Assembly: GCA_027315405.1 (NCBI GenBank)
Contig: DAHUYB010000087.1
Location: 9,672 to 73,671, forward strand
Direction: 5' to 3'
DNA: 64,000 nucleotides
Source of the DNA: Gammaproteobacteria bacterium
Lineage (GTDB): Bacteria > Pseudomonadota > Gammaproteobacteria > Natronospirales > REEB76
Below the pieces are notes generated by a model. It ran no database searches. It worked only from the letters and a program-made list of their open reading frames with translations, and had not been told where the DNA came from. The position numbers were made by a program, and so were the translations under genes. Below are positions 40,733 through 50,160 of this stretch, piece by piece (the stretch's first letter is position 1; each line of letters starts with the position of its first letter).

Positions 40733-42031
40733 ATGCGTGATCTTCTCATTGCCTTGATTGTATTCGGATCCATTCCATTCATTCTGATGCGCCCGTATCT
40801 AGGTTTGCTGATGTGGTCCTGGTTGGGCTATATGAATCCGTATCGGTTGGCCTATGGATTTGCCTACAACTTTCCCTGGGTTGAAATCATTGCCATTGTC
40901 ACGCTCGTCGCCCTTATCTTCAGCAAGGAGAGCAAAAAGATTTCGGTTTCATCAATCAGCGTACTGTTATTCCTTTTCTTAGTCTGGACAGGTATTTCCA
41001 CAATCTTTGCGGTCAAATCGGACTCAGCCCTGCTCACAGGGGAAGAGTTTTGGAAAACTCTAACCATGGTCTTTGTTACGCTGATGCTGATAAAAAATCG
41101 TCAGCGCATGCACTGGCTGGTGTGGGTAATCGTGATTTCTCTGGGATTTTATGGCCTCAAGGGTGGGGTATTCACGGTGTTGAAGGGGGGCGCATACCAC
41201 ATATATGGGCCACCCAAGAGCTTCATTGCTGACAATAATGACTTGGCCCTGGCTCTTTGCATGACTTTGCCGCTTATAAGATATTTGCAAATTAATTCAA
41301 CATATAAAGCGGTACGTCTAGCCATGGCCCTCACCTTGATCCTTACTGGCGTAGCAATTCTTGGCACGTATTCACGTGGCGGTTTGGTTGCCTTAGTGGT
41401 TGTGAGCGGAGCTTTACTACTTAAAACTCGCCGCCGCCTCGTAATCATGATGGCAATCGTGATGGTTGGACTCACAGCCTATACTTTTATGCCGGCACAA
41501 TGGAAGGAACGTATGGATACACTCCATCATGCTGAGGAGACTGATTCCGCTCAGGAACGCATTCAGTCGTGGGAGTTCGCTGTGAACGTGGCTATCCATC
41601 ACCCGTTGGTGGGCGGCGGCTTCAACGTTTATCAAAGTGATTCCATGTGGAAGAAGTATGGACCGCAGGGTGCCATTCCACGCGCGATCCACAGCGTATA
41701 TTTCCGCGTGCTGGGCGAGCAAGGATTTCCCGGACTTATCATCTTCATAGGGCTTCTTTTCGCAAGCTGGCGGAGCTGCAGTCGTGTGAGGAAAAAAACA
41801 CGGGATTCACCTGGATGGAAATGGGCGTATGACCTCAGTTCCATGCTGCAAGTGAGCCTGGTTGCCTATGCGACGGCTGGTCTGGCCACGACATCAAGCT
41901 ATTTTGATCTTACATATCAATTAATTGCGATGTGTATTCTATTAGAAGATATCGTCATAAGTCAGATAAAAGAACCCATTGCTGATAAAGGGGTTGGTCA
42001 TGCGCCAGCTGATTTTCCCCAAAGGAGATAA
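40733..42031 (+). CDS. O-antigen-ligase/Wzy-like polymerase (exosortase-A-associated O-glycosylation ligase type)
   Basis: ATG 40733. The product starts MRDLLIALIVFGSIPFILMRPYLGLLMWSWLGYMNP and has about 10-12 TM segments. A Wzy_C-like loop reads ...GTYSRGGLVALVV.... The track ORF start 40442 overlaps the previous gene. Confidence 0.85.
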   Translation: MRDLLIALIVFGSIPFILMRPYLGLLMWSWLGYMNPYRLAYGFAYNFPWVEIIAIVTLVALIFSKESKKISVSSISVLLFLFLVWTGISTIFAVKSDSALLTGEEFWKTLTMVFVTLMLIKNRQRMHWLVWVIVISLGFYGLKGGVFTVLKGGAYHIYGPPKSFIADNNDLALALCMTLPLIRYLQINSTYKAVRLAMALTLILTGVAILGTYSRGGLVALVVVSGALLLKTRRRLVIMMAIVMVGLTAYTFMPAQWKERMDTLHHAEETDSAQERIQSWEFAVNVAIHHPLVGGGFNVYQSDSMWKKYGPQGAIPRAIHSVYFRVLGEQGFPGLIIFIGLLFASWRSCSRVRKKTRDSPGWKWAYDLSSMLQVSLVAYATAGLATTSSYFDLTYQLIAMCILLEDIVISQIKEPIADKGVGHAPADFPQRR

Positions 42032-42068
42032 TTGTTATACCTCGGAAAGGAAGGTTCTAGGTCCCAGG

Positions 42069-43319
42069 ATGGATAAACATATCCTCATGGTTGCGTTTCA
42101 TGTTCCTCCGGCTACCATCGGCAGTGGGCATCTACGTCCCTTGGGGTTTGCGAAACATTTGCCATCATTTGGTTGGTCACCGATTGTATTAGCCGCCAAT
42201 GAGCGTGCATATCACCGCACCGACCCCTCAAGTATCAATCTATTGCCCAAAAGCTGCCGTGTGTATCGAGCCTTTGCCCTGGATACGAGACGACACTTCG
42301 GCATTCGCGGGAAATATCCCGCAATATTGGCGCAACCTGATCGCTGGATATCCTGGTGGCCAGCGGCGGTATATCTCGGGTTGCGCCTCATACGTCGGTA
42401 CCAGGTACGCGTCATCTGGTCCACGTATCCGATCATGACCGCGCACTGTATTGCTTACACCTTGAGCCGATTGACCGGGCTGCCCTGGATCGCGGACTTC
42501 AGGGATCCGGTTACCAGTTCTGTTGCTACCCAGAGCCGGCTGACCGTATCCACGCAAATGCGCTGGGAGCACCGTGTCTTATCCCGTGCCACGTATTCTG
42601 TATTCACGACACCCGGGGCCATGCAATCCTATGCTGAACGTTACCCACAAATCTATCGTGAAGGCCGGATGATCGTAATTCCTAACGGATTTGATGAGGA
42701 GGCCTTTTCAGCATTGCCGGTGGCCAGATCGTCTCAACAGGAGCGGCCACTTAGGCTGGTGCACAGTGGCATCCTGTACCGTTCCGGCCGCAACCCCGTG
42801 CCTTTCTTCACAGCCCTTGCACACCTCAAAGCGTCGGGAATGGTGAGCGCCAATGATTTGCAAGTGACTCTGCGCGCGAGTAGTTCCGAGGCTGAATACG
42901 CCACCGAGATACAGCGTCTCGGCCTTAATGATTTGGTAACACTTGCTGCGCCGATATCGTACCAGGAGGCATTGGCCGAGCAGGCGGATGCCGACGCTTT
43001 GTTGCTGTTCCAAGGAAGTCAATATGATCGTCAGGTTCCGGCGAAATTATATGAGTACTTGCGCATCGGGAGGCCGATATTTGCGCTTGTGGGTGAGCAT
43101 GGCGATACGGCAGCGGTGCTGCGTGATACCGGAGGCGCAGTGATCGTGCCTCTGGATAACACTTCTGTAATCGAGAAGCGGCTCGGAGAATTTATTCGCG
43201 CACTGCGGGAAGGGCGGGCACCGAAAGCGGATGAAGGTATAGTGCAGAAATATTCCAGACGCCAGACTGCTGTAATACTCGCCGGGCTTTTGAATCAGAT
43301 TATCCTTCAGAAGGCATAA
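42069..43319 (+). CDS. glycosyltransferase (GT-B fold, GT4-like)
   Basis: MDKHILMVAFHVPPATIGSGHLRPLGFAKHL.... Its length and N-terminal pattern are typical of GT-B enzymes, but the EX7E-type motif is not clear. Alternative start at 42000. Confidence 0.7.
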   Translation: MDKHILMVAFHVPPATIGSGHLRPLGFAKHLPSFGWSPIVLAANERAYHRTDPSSINLLPKSCRVYRAFALDTRRHFGIRGKYPAILAQPDRWISWWPAAVYLGLRLIRRYQVRVIWSTYPIMTAHCIAYTLSRLTGLPWIADFRDPVTSSVATQSRLTVSTQMRWEHRVLSRATYSVFTTPGAMQSYAERYPQIYREGRMIVIPNGFDEEAFSALPVARSSQQERPLRLVHSGILYRSGRNPVPFFTALAHLKASGMVSANDLQVTLRASSSEAEYATEIQRLGLNDLVTLAAPISYQEALAEQADADALLLFQGSQYDRQVPAKLYEYLRIGRPIFALVGEHGDTAAVLRDTGGAVIVPLDNTSVIEKRLGEFIRALREGRAPKADEGIVQKYSRRQTAVILAGLLNQIILQKA

Positions 43320-43324
43320 CCAAG

Positions 43325-44305
43325 ATGGAAAATGGATTAAGTGATTCTGGGTATTATCCGGCAGAGCATTTTATTTCCAAATCCATGGATTCTGATGCAC
43401 CCATCTTTCTTACAGGTTTTGCCCGCTCCGGAACCACTTGGGTGAATCATCTGTTTCGTGATTATTTTGATGCCGGATTTGTCAACGAAGGTCAATTCAT
43501 CGTTTCCTTCGGTTTGCGCCTGCATCGTTATGAGAATCTTAAAGAGCCCGGCAACCATAGACGGCTGATGCGGGATCTAGCCAAAGATGGATTTTTTTCA
43601 ATCTTGAGGAGAAACTACGCAATTGAAATTGACTGGGGAAGAGTTGGGGCAGTTAAACCGGAGTTTTCCGCTATCGTCCGGGAGGTGCTGCGGCAAATTG
43701 CCGAGGGATTGGGCAAACACAGAATTGGCTCCAAGTATCCCGTGTTCGGACGTTATATGGACCTTATGAATACGCTGTTTCCGGATTGCCGGGTTGTACA
43801 TGTGATACGTGACGGGCGTGACTGCGCACTGTCACATAAAAGGATGACCTGGGGTCATCAGAATACCTATTCCGCAGCCGTTCATTGGCGCGATTATTTA
43901 CGTACGCTGCGAAGTAGTGCGGAAAAGTTGCCAGGCAGATATCTGGAGATTCGTTATGAAGATCTGCTTCTAAATCCAGAGTCAACCATGCGAATTCTTG
44001 AGTATTTTGTAACCGGTACACATCAGGATTCTGCAACCAGACACTTTCTTGAGAAGCGGGGCGCACTGAAACCTAACAAGGTTGGTCAATGGCGCCGTGC
44101 AATGTCTCCACATTCACAGGCTGTTTTTGAAGCAGTTGCCGGTGATACGTTACGCGAGTATGGCTACGCACTGGTTGGTGAAAAGCATTATCTGTCGTCC
44201 TTGTCCAGAGCCGGATGCATCATACATGACAGGGTAAGCCGCGAAGCTTGGTACTGGGCAAGAAAAATCGTTCCGAAGATTCCGGAACACAAGCCATGGT
44301 CGTGA
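43325..44305 (+). CDS. sulfotransferase family protein (ST2)
   Basis: The 5'-PSB loop is IFLTGFARSGTTWVNHLF and the 3'-PB segment is VVHVIRDGRDCALSH. 326 aa. Confidence 0.8.
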   Translation: MENGLSDSGYYPAEHFISKSMDSDAPIFLTGFARSGTTWVNHLFRDYFDAGFVNEGQFIVSFGLRLHRYENLKEPGNHRRLMRDLAKDGFFSILRRNYAIEIDWGRVGAVKPEFSAIVREVLRQIAEGLGKHRIGSKYPVFGRYMDLMNTLFPDCRVVHVIRDGRDCALSHKRMTWGHQNTYSAAVHWRDYLRTLRSSAEKLPGRYLEIRYEDLLLNPESTMRILEYFVTGTHQDSATRHFLEKRGALKPNKVGQWRRAMSPHSQAVFEAVAGDTLREYGYALVGEKHYLSSLSRAGCIIHDRVSREAWYWARKIVPKIPEHKPWS

Positions 44306-44343
44306 GAGCGACAAATGTCAAGTTAGACATAGGAGAGATCACT

Positions 44344-46470
44344 GTGATAAATCGTGTAATCTGGCTTATATTGCGCCAGTTTGGATATGTGGCAGTGTTG
44401 TGTGTATTAACGAGCTGTGTGCAGACTGCTGCTGTGACGCAAACCGTAAACTCGGTTTCTGCCGGATCGAGTGATGTACCCATGGTGAAGGCGATTAACC
44501 TTTCCAACCAAAGGTTGCAGCAGGTTCCTGTTACCTTTGGGCAGCCTTTCCGTGCTGGTGCTGTACCGCGTGGTCATACGATAGTGGCTTATGCAGACGG
44601 TAAGGAGTTACCGACCCAGGCAAATATCAAGGCACGCAACCCTGACGGTTCGGCGCGTCATGCAATTCTGACTGTGCTATTGCCGACTCTGGACTCTCGA
44701 GCATCAGAAAATGTGAGTCTGCGCTCAGTCCCAGATACCGCGGTGGCAAGATCAAAAGCTCTGACGATTGAAGATGTCCTACACACCAAGTTTGATGCCG
44801 ATGTCCAATTTCAAATTGGCGGCGAACCTTGGCATCTCGATGCGAGAGTGCTACTGCAGCGCGCTTTGCGGGACGGGTCATGCAAGCCATATGGGCGTGA
44901 GTGCAATCAGTGGCTATCCGGACCATTGGTTTCAGAGTGGGTAGTCGGCGGACCTTTACTTGACGAGCAGGGCAAACCGCACCCCCATCTAGCCGTGTAC
45001 TTTGCGGTACGAGCCTATGGCCCGGTACCCGTGAGTCGCGTGCGTGTGGATGTGATCGTGGAAAACGACTGGGCCTATGCGCCGGATCCACATAATGAGC
45101 GTTACGACGGCACTATCAAAATAGGAGACCAAACGGTAGCTGCCGTCAAAGATCTCGAACACTATCGGCAGGCCCGCTGGCACAAAACGTTCCGCTGGGG
45201 CGCACCCGATCCTGTTTATGCGGAATTGAGTTCGCACTATCTGCAATATTCCCGCGCTGTTCCACGCTATGAAGATGTATACCCCTCAGAAGCGGTTTTG
45301 CGTAGGGTGCGGCAGACTTGCGCACCAATGCAGAATTGCGACCAGACCCGTTACATGGCGAATACCGGCGCACAGGACGCGATTGGCCCGTTGGCCCGCT
45401 GGAGTAGCGTCTATGTGATTGATCCGACCTACCGTGCCTATCGCTGGATGCTGGCGAACGATGATGCGCTTGGTGCCTACGGCATTCACTATCGCGATCA
45501 ACTTTCCGGTCAGCCGGTATCCGTTGAAGCGCACCCCTGTATGACGCTGTACGGTCCCGCGGAAGTCGCGCGTTGCCCTGTTCCACCCTACAAGAATGAC
45601 ATTTTCCCTCGTTGCAAGAATCAATGTAAAACGCCACTGTACCCGGATGAAGCGCATCATCCTGAACCAGCCTACGTGGCTTACCTTGTAACCGGGGATT
45701 GGTACTACCTTGAAGAATTGAAATTCTGGGCTGATTGGGTGGTATTCCATCAGAATCCAGCTTATCGGGATTACACCAAGGGGTTGATAGAAGACACCCA
45801 ACTTCGGGGCCAAGCCTGGGCATTGCGGACCTTGGGTTACGCTGCGTATATTCTTCCGGAAAATGATCCCCTGAAAAGTTATTTTAAGCGCGTGGTCGAG
45901 AATAATATTCAGTGGTATAACCAGAATTACACCGACAATCCTCGTGCGAATGCCTTGCACATTATCATCAATGGATATGCCACAGACTATACGTTTCGCG
46001 GCAAACCCCACACGGGGATGTCAACTTGGCAACAATCATACTTCAACTGGGCTGTGGGGAATCTGGCAGACCTGGGTTTTCCCGGTGCCGACAGATTGCG
46101 TAATTGGTTCGCCGTATTTCAGATCAACCTCATGACCAGTCCGGATTTTTGCTGGACTATGGCGACAACGTATATTTTGCAGGTGAGGGATTCAGCCAAA
46201 GGTCCTCTCTACGATTCACTGCATAGGGTCTATGCCAGAACGTTTCCCCAATTCGATCATGTAGCCTGCAATAGCAGGGGTGTGATGGTTGGACACCCGA
46301 AATCCCCAACCGGATATCCAGCCAGTTTCCAGGTCGGACTGGCCGCGGCTGCCGATTCCAATTTGCCTGAAGCCCGCAAGGCGTGGGCAAAATTCGCTCA
46401 AAGACTAGTTAAGCCGGATTATGCCAATGCCCCGCAATTTGCGATTATTCCGAGACACAGATCGGATTGA
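44344..46470 (+). CDS. large secreted protein of unrecognised family, predicted lipoprotein ('LpA'); paralog of 54428-57073
   Basis: GTG 44344 lies 6 nt after AGGAGA. The signal/lipobox is (M)INRVIWLILRQFGYVAVLCVLTSC. The alternative ATG 44296 overlaps ST2. Long blocks are shared with the 881-aa protein (see findings). Confidence 0.75.
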   Translation: MINRVIWLILRQFGYVAVLCVLTSCVQTAAVTQTVNSVSAGSSDVPMVKAINLSNQRLQQVPVTFGQPFRAGAVPRGHTIVAYADGKELPTQANIKARNPDGSARHAILTVLLPTLDSRASENVSLRSVPDTAVARSKALTIEDVLHTKFDADVQFQIGGEPWHLDARVLLQRALRDGSCKPYGRECNQWLSGPLVSEWVVGGPLLDEQGKPHPHLAVYFAVRAYGPVPVSRVRVDVIVENDWAYAPDPHNERYDGTIKIGDQTVAAVKDLEHYRQARWHKTFRWGAPDPVYAELSSHYLQYSRAVPRYEDVYPSEAVLRRVRQTCAPMQNCDQTRYMANTGAQDAIGPLARWSSVYVIDPTYRAYRWMLANDDALGAYGIHYRDQLSGQPVSVEAHPCMTLYGPAEVARCPVPPYKNDIFPRCKNQCKTPLYPDEAHHPEPAYVAYLVTGDWYYLEELKFWADWVVFHQNPAYRDYTKGLIEDTQLRGQAWALRTLGYAAYILPENDPLKSYFKRVVENNIQWYNQNYTDNPRANALHIIINGYATDYTFRGKPHTGMSTWQQSYFNWAVGNLADLGFPGADRLRNWFAVFQINLMTSPDFCWTMATTYILQVRDSAKGPLYDSLHRVYARTFPQFDHVACNSRGVMVGHPKSPTGYPASFQVGLAAAADSNLPEARKAWAKFAQRLVKPDYANAPQFAIIPRHRSD

Positions 46471-46551
46471 CCCCGGAATGAGAGCTGATCTTTATGGGAG
46501 AATCAGTATTACGGTAGGCATAACATGGCGGTTGATTCGCTTGGTAAACGC

Positions 46552-47559
46552 ATGAAAACCATGTTTGTGTTTACTGTAGATGTGGAATCACGCGCTCATG
46601 GTGATCCGCGCTCCGACATATTGGGGATACTTCCGGATTACGAAGAGCGCTATGGCATCGAAAAAATCATGAGTATGCTGGAAGCCTACCAGGTGCGTGG
46701 CACGTTTTTCCTGAATGTGTATGAGGCGGCAAAACATGGTGAGGTTGCCGTTGCCGGTGCTGCAAGACTGATTCATTCCCGGGGACATGATCTCGAGCTG
46801 CATAGCCATCCTCAACCCATGTACCCTCATTATGGGATGTGCCATGCACCACTTGTAAATCAGATAGCAATTCTCAACAAGGGAATATCACTACTGGAAT
46901 CATGGACAGGAAAAACCGTACTGGCCCATAGGGCGGGCGCTTTTGCCGCCAACGTCGATACCCTGCGTGCCTGCGAATCAGTCGGTCTTCTAGCGGATTG
47001 CTCGCTCTCACCGGGCAGCCTGGTTTCCGTCCCGCTCGTCCATGAGCTGGGGGTTTCGAACCTGGTTCGGCGCATCGGCAAGGTCTGGGAGATTCCTGTG
47101 ACCTATTACCATCAACTGCGCGTGGGTCGCTGGCACTCGAAGCGTATCCTGGATATCGAGGGGAGTTCACTACCTGAGATCAAGCGAGTTACACGCTGGG
47201 CGCTCCGACAAAGTCTGCCGACGGTGTGTGTTCTTATGCACAGTTTCAGCCTTTCCCGGCATGGCAAACCTAATCGGCGTGTCATCCGGCGATTGTCCGC
47301 CTTGCTCACATGGCTGCACAAATGTGATGGGATTGAGATCGGCACCATCGAGCAGGCTTGTCATCGCTTGGATCAGAATGCGATACCGAAGGTAATTTCC
47401 GGAGAACCCTCAACGGGACTCCTATTGACGTGGGGCCGGGCCTTGCTGGCATGGAACGACGGCTGGAGAAACAGGCTGGTAGCTATGACAGGAATGACCG
47501 GATTGGCGGTACTGACGCTGGTTCTTGTATATCTTTGCCTTACCCTGCTTAAGCATTAG
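46552..47559 (+). CDS. NodB-like polysaccharide deacetylase with C-terminal TM anchor
   Basis: MKTMFVFTVDVESRAHGDP..., ...RGHDLELHSHP... (a His-His metal motif), and the C-terminal hydrophobic helix LVAMTGMTGLAVLTLVLVYLCLTLL. The track start is 46525. Confidence 0.72.
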   Translation: MKTMFVFTVDVESRAHGDPRSDILGILPDYEERYGIEKIMSMLEAYQVRGTFFLNVYEAAKHGEVAVAGAARLIHSRGHDLELHSHPQPMYPHYGMCHAPLVNQIAILNKGISLLESWTGKTVLAHRAGAFAANVDTLRACESVGLLADCSLSPGSLVSVPLVHELGVSNLVRRIGKVWEIPVTYYHQLRVGRWHSKRILDIEGSSLPEIKRVTRWALRQSLPTVCVLMHSFSLSRHGKPNRRVIRRLSALLTWLHKCDGIEIGTIEQACHRLDQNAIPKVISGEPSTGLLLTWGRALLAWNDGWRNRLVAMTGMTGLAVLTLVLVYLCLTLLKH

Positions 47560-47781
47560 CAGCTAGATACAAAATGCTTGTAATGGTCTCGATAGCAACA
47601 TTCTGTAAACGCACGAGCATTATAAGGATATGAATTTGTAAGAATCCATAAATCGGGGATCTACTGATTCGGTTTGTATAAACGGCGCAAACTAGTTTCG
47701 CGTAAAATTGCCAGATAATTCACCATTGAACTTGTAAGTTACAGCCGCCTGAACTGCAGCATGAACGGGCTTACCTAGAAC

Positions 47782-49266
47782 ATGACGAAAATAAAAAGTA
47801 ACCTGCGAAGAGCCCTCATTCTGTCGTTCGCACAGAAATATACAAGTCTTGCTTTCAACCTTCTCACGGTAATTATTGTGAGCCGGTTACTTACGCCCAA
47901 ACAGATCGGCGTATTTTCGGTAGCGGCTGGCCTAACCGCGCTTGCGTCAATGTTACGTACCTTTGGAGTAAGTGAGTACTTGGTGCAGGAAAAAGCATTA
48001 GATGAGGCGACAATCAACACGGCGTTTACAGTCAATCTGGTCCTCGCTTGGATCGTAGCCGGCGTACTTTTTGCAGTAAGCGGTTTGATTGGTGGCTTCT
48101 ACGGTGATCCTGGAGTTGGACAGGTCTTAAGAGTGATGAGCGTCACATTTATTCTATCTCCGTTTGGCACCACCGCATTGGCACTGTTACAGCGTGATAT
48201 GGCATTCGGTACGCTCTACAAGATTCGCCTGGGTGAAGTTTTGGTTAGGGCTGGCGTGACGATCGGTTTGGCTTTCGCCGGATTTGGTTACATGAGCATG
48301 GCCTGGGCGTCACTTGCGGCCATTATTGCCTGGATTGCAGGTTGCACTGTGTGGGGACATGCATACCGAGCACGGGGTTTAAGTTTGTCAGAATGGCGGC
48401 GCATGGTTCCATTCGGTGTCAACCGGACAGTTACAGATATTGTCATCCAGCTCGGGATGCAATCAGCGAATATCGTCGTGGGCAAGATGCTGGGATTGAC
48501 CGCGGCGGGTTTTTATTCGCGGGGTAATAGTATTGTGCAAATGTTCCGTGAAAAGGTAGTCAGTGCGATCGGTGCGGTTGCTTATCCCGCCTTTGCCAAG
48601 GAGCACCGAGAGCGGGAAGCGGCTCCTGAGCTCTTTATACGTTCTCTTGTTTATCTAACCGGCATCAGTTGGCCATTTTTTGGTTTTGCGACGCTCATGG
48701 CATTCCCGATTATCCGTACTCTTTTCGGAGACCAGTGGGACGCCGCTGTACCAGTGATGCGGTGGCTTTGTGGTGCAGCGATTGTCGGTACGCTGATATA
48801 TCAATGCAATTATTTTTTCACGGCGATTGGCCGTGTTGGGGTCGTGACGGCTGTGGAGATACAGTATCAGCTTATGAGATTGGGGCTCGCTATTCTGGCG
48901 GCTGTATATAGCATTGAAGCAGTCGCGGCTTCCCAGATATTGGTCTATGCCATCGCAGCAGTACTTTATTATCGGAAACTGACACGCTACGAATCGTTAA
49001 CTATCACCAAACTCATCACAGCACTATTTCCGAGCGGCGTGGTAACACTAACAACATGCATTATACCTGCAGTCGTTATTTTGTGGCCTGGCTTCAGATC
49101 CGGGCATTATCTTCTAGCCCTAATTGTTGCTGCTATCGGTGCGGGTCTTGGTTGGCTGATGGGGTTGATCTTGACAAACCATCCTTTGATGAGTGAAATC
49201 AAGCGTGGTGTAATTAATTCCTGCCGTTATATTCGCGGTATCAGGGCTAAGGCGACCTCAGAATGA
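47782..49266 (+). CDS. Wzx-type polysaccharide flippase (MOP superfamily)
   Basis: 494 aa with about 12-14 TM segments. The N-terminus ...LRRALILSFAQKYTSLAFNLLTVIIVSRLLTPKQIGVFSVA... is typical of PST-family flippases. Confidence 0.85.
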   Translation: MTKIKSNLRRALILSFAQKYTSLAFNLLTVIIVSRLLTPKQIGVFSVAAGLTALASMLRTFGVSEYLVQEKALDEATINTAFTVNLVLAWIVAGVLFAVSGLIGGFYGDPGVGQVLRVMSVTFILSPFGTTALALLQRDMAFGTLYKIRLGEVLVRAGVTIGLAFAGFGYMSMAWASLAAIIAWIAGCTVWGHAYRARGLSLSEWRRMVPFGVNRTVTDIVIQLGMQSANIVVGKMLGLTAAGFYSRGNSIVQMFREKVVSAIGAVAYPAFAKEHREREAAPELFIRSLVYLTGISWPFFGFATLMAFPIIRTLFGDQWDAAVPVMRWLCGAAIVGTLIYQCNYFFTAIGRVGVVTAVEIQYQLMRLGLAILAAVYSIEAVAASQILVYAIAAVLYYRKLTRYESLTITKLITALFPSGVVTLTTCIIPAVVILWPGFRSGHYLLALIVAAIGAGLGWLMGLILTNHPLMSEIKRGVINSCRYIRGIRAKATSE

Positions 49267-50150
49267 TGCTTACTATAGATGTAATAGTACGCACACTTGC
49301 GGATTCATTCAGATCCGAAATGCTGTTTCGCGCGCTGGATAGCATTCAAAATCAACACGGCATCACTGCTCGACCCATCGTCGTAGTCAATGGTGAAAGT
49401 TATGATCAGCGGACGCTGAATGCACTGAGAAACCGTCCAGGTATTCGATTTCATTATCAGCAACTGGCTTCGGCTGGTCTGGCATTTAAAGCGGGCTGTC
49501 GTCTTGTTACCGCTCCCTTTTTTGCTTTTCTGGATGACGATGATGTTTTTGTTGAAGATGTATTGCTAAAGCCCGTCATGTGGTTCGAGAACAATCCACA
49601 GTGCGATGTAGTGATCACCAACAGGTACTATGTTAAAGATAACGGCCCGGTGATTGAATTTGCCTGTCTTGCTGATCATGCTGTTCAGCCAGTATTGAGT
49701 TTGTTAGATGAGAATTGGCTTTCTGCAGGCACTGGGTTTTTCCGCACAAGCACCACTATTCCTGCTTTCATGAGCGTGGACAAAGGTCATCAAGAGTGGA
49801 CCCATCTTGCTTATCGGTTGTGTACCGAGGGCAGGCAGCTGCACTTTATGGATGTACCCACGGCACTTGTCTATGACACCCCCGGTTCCATGTCCAAGAA
49901 GATGGTGCACCAAGAGGCAGCATTGGATCTGCTGCAACTTATTAGACATGATTCCAGAATGGATATTCTGGTACACAAGAAAGCCGAGTTCAAATACCGA
50001 AACGCGCTACATGTACTGGCTATGAACTACTGGAGACTTGGGGACCACAAGCGTGCATGGTGCTGTCATCTGGCTAGCTTGCGTCCGCCCCATACCTTCA
50101 AATATATTTTTTTCACACGCAAACTGCTCTGGCCTTTTGGCACAAGCTGA
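49263..50150 (+). CDS. glycosyltransferase family 2
   Basis: ATGA overlap with wzx. ...IDVIVRTL... and ...FFAFLDDDDVF... (DxD) indicate a GT-A fold. Confidence 0.75.
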   Translation: MMLTIDVIVRTLADSFRSEMLFRALDSIQNQHGITARPIVVVNGESYDQRTLNALRNRPGIRFHYQQLASAGLAFKAGCRLVTAPFFAFLDDDDVFVEDVLLKPVMWFENNPQCDVVITNRYYVKDNGPVIEFACLADHAVQPVLSLLDENWLSAGTGFFRTSTTIPAFMSVDKGHQEWTHLAYRLCTEGRQLHFMDVPTALVYDTPGSMSKKMVHQEAALDLLQLIRHDSRMDILVHKKAEFKYRNALHVLAMNYWRLGDHKRAWCCHLASLRPPHTFKYIFFTRKLLWPFGTS

Positions 50151-50160
50151 GTCGTAATAA

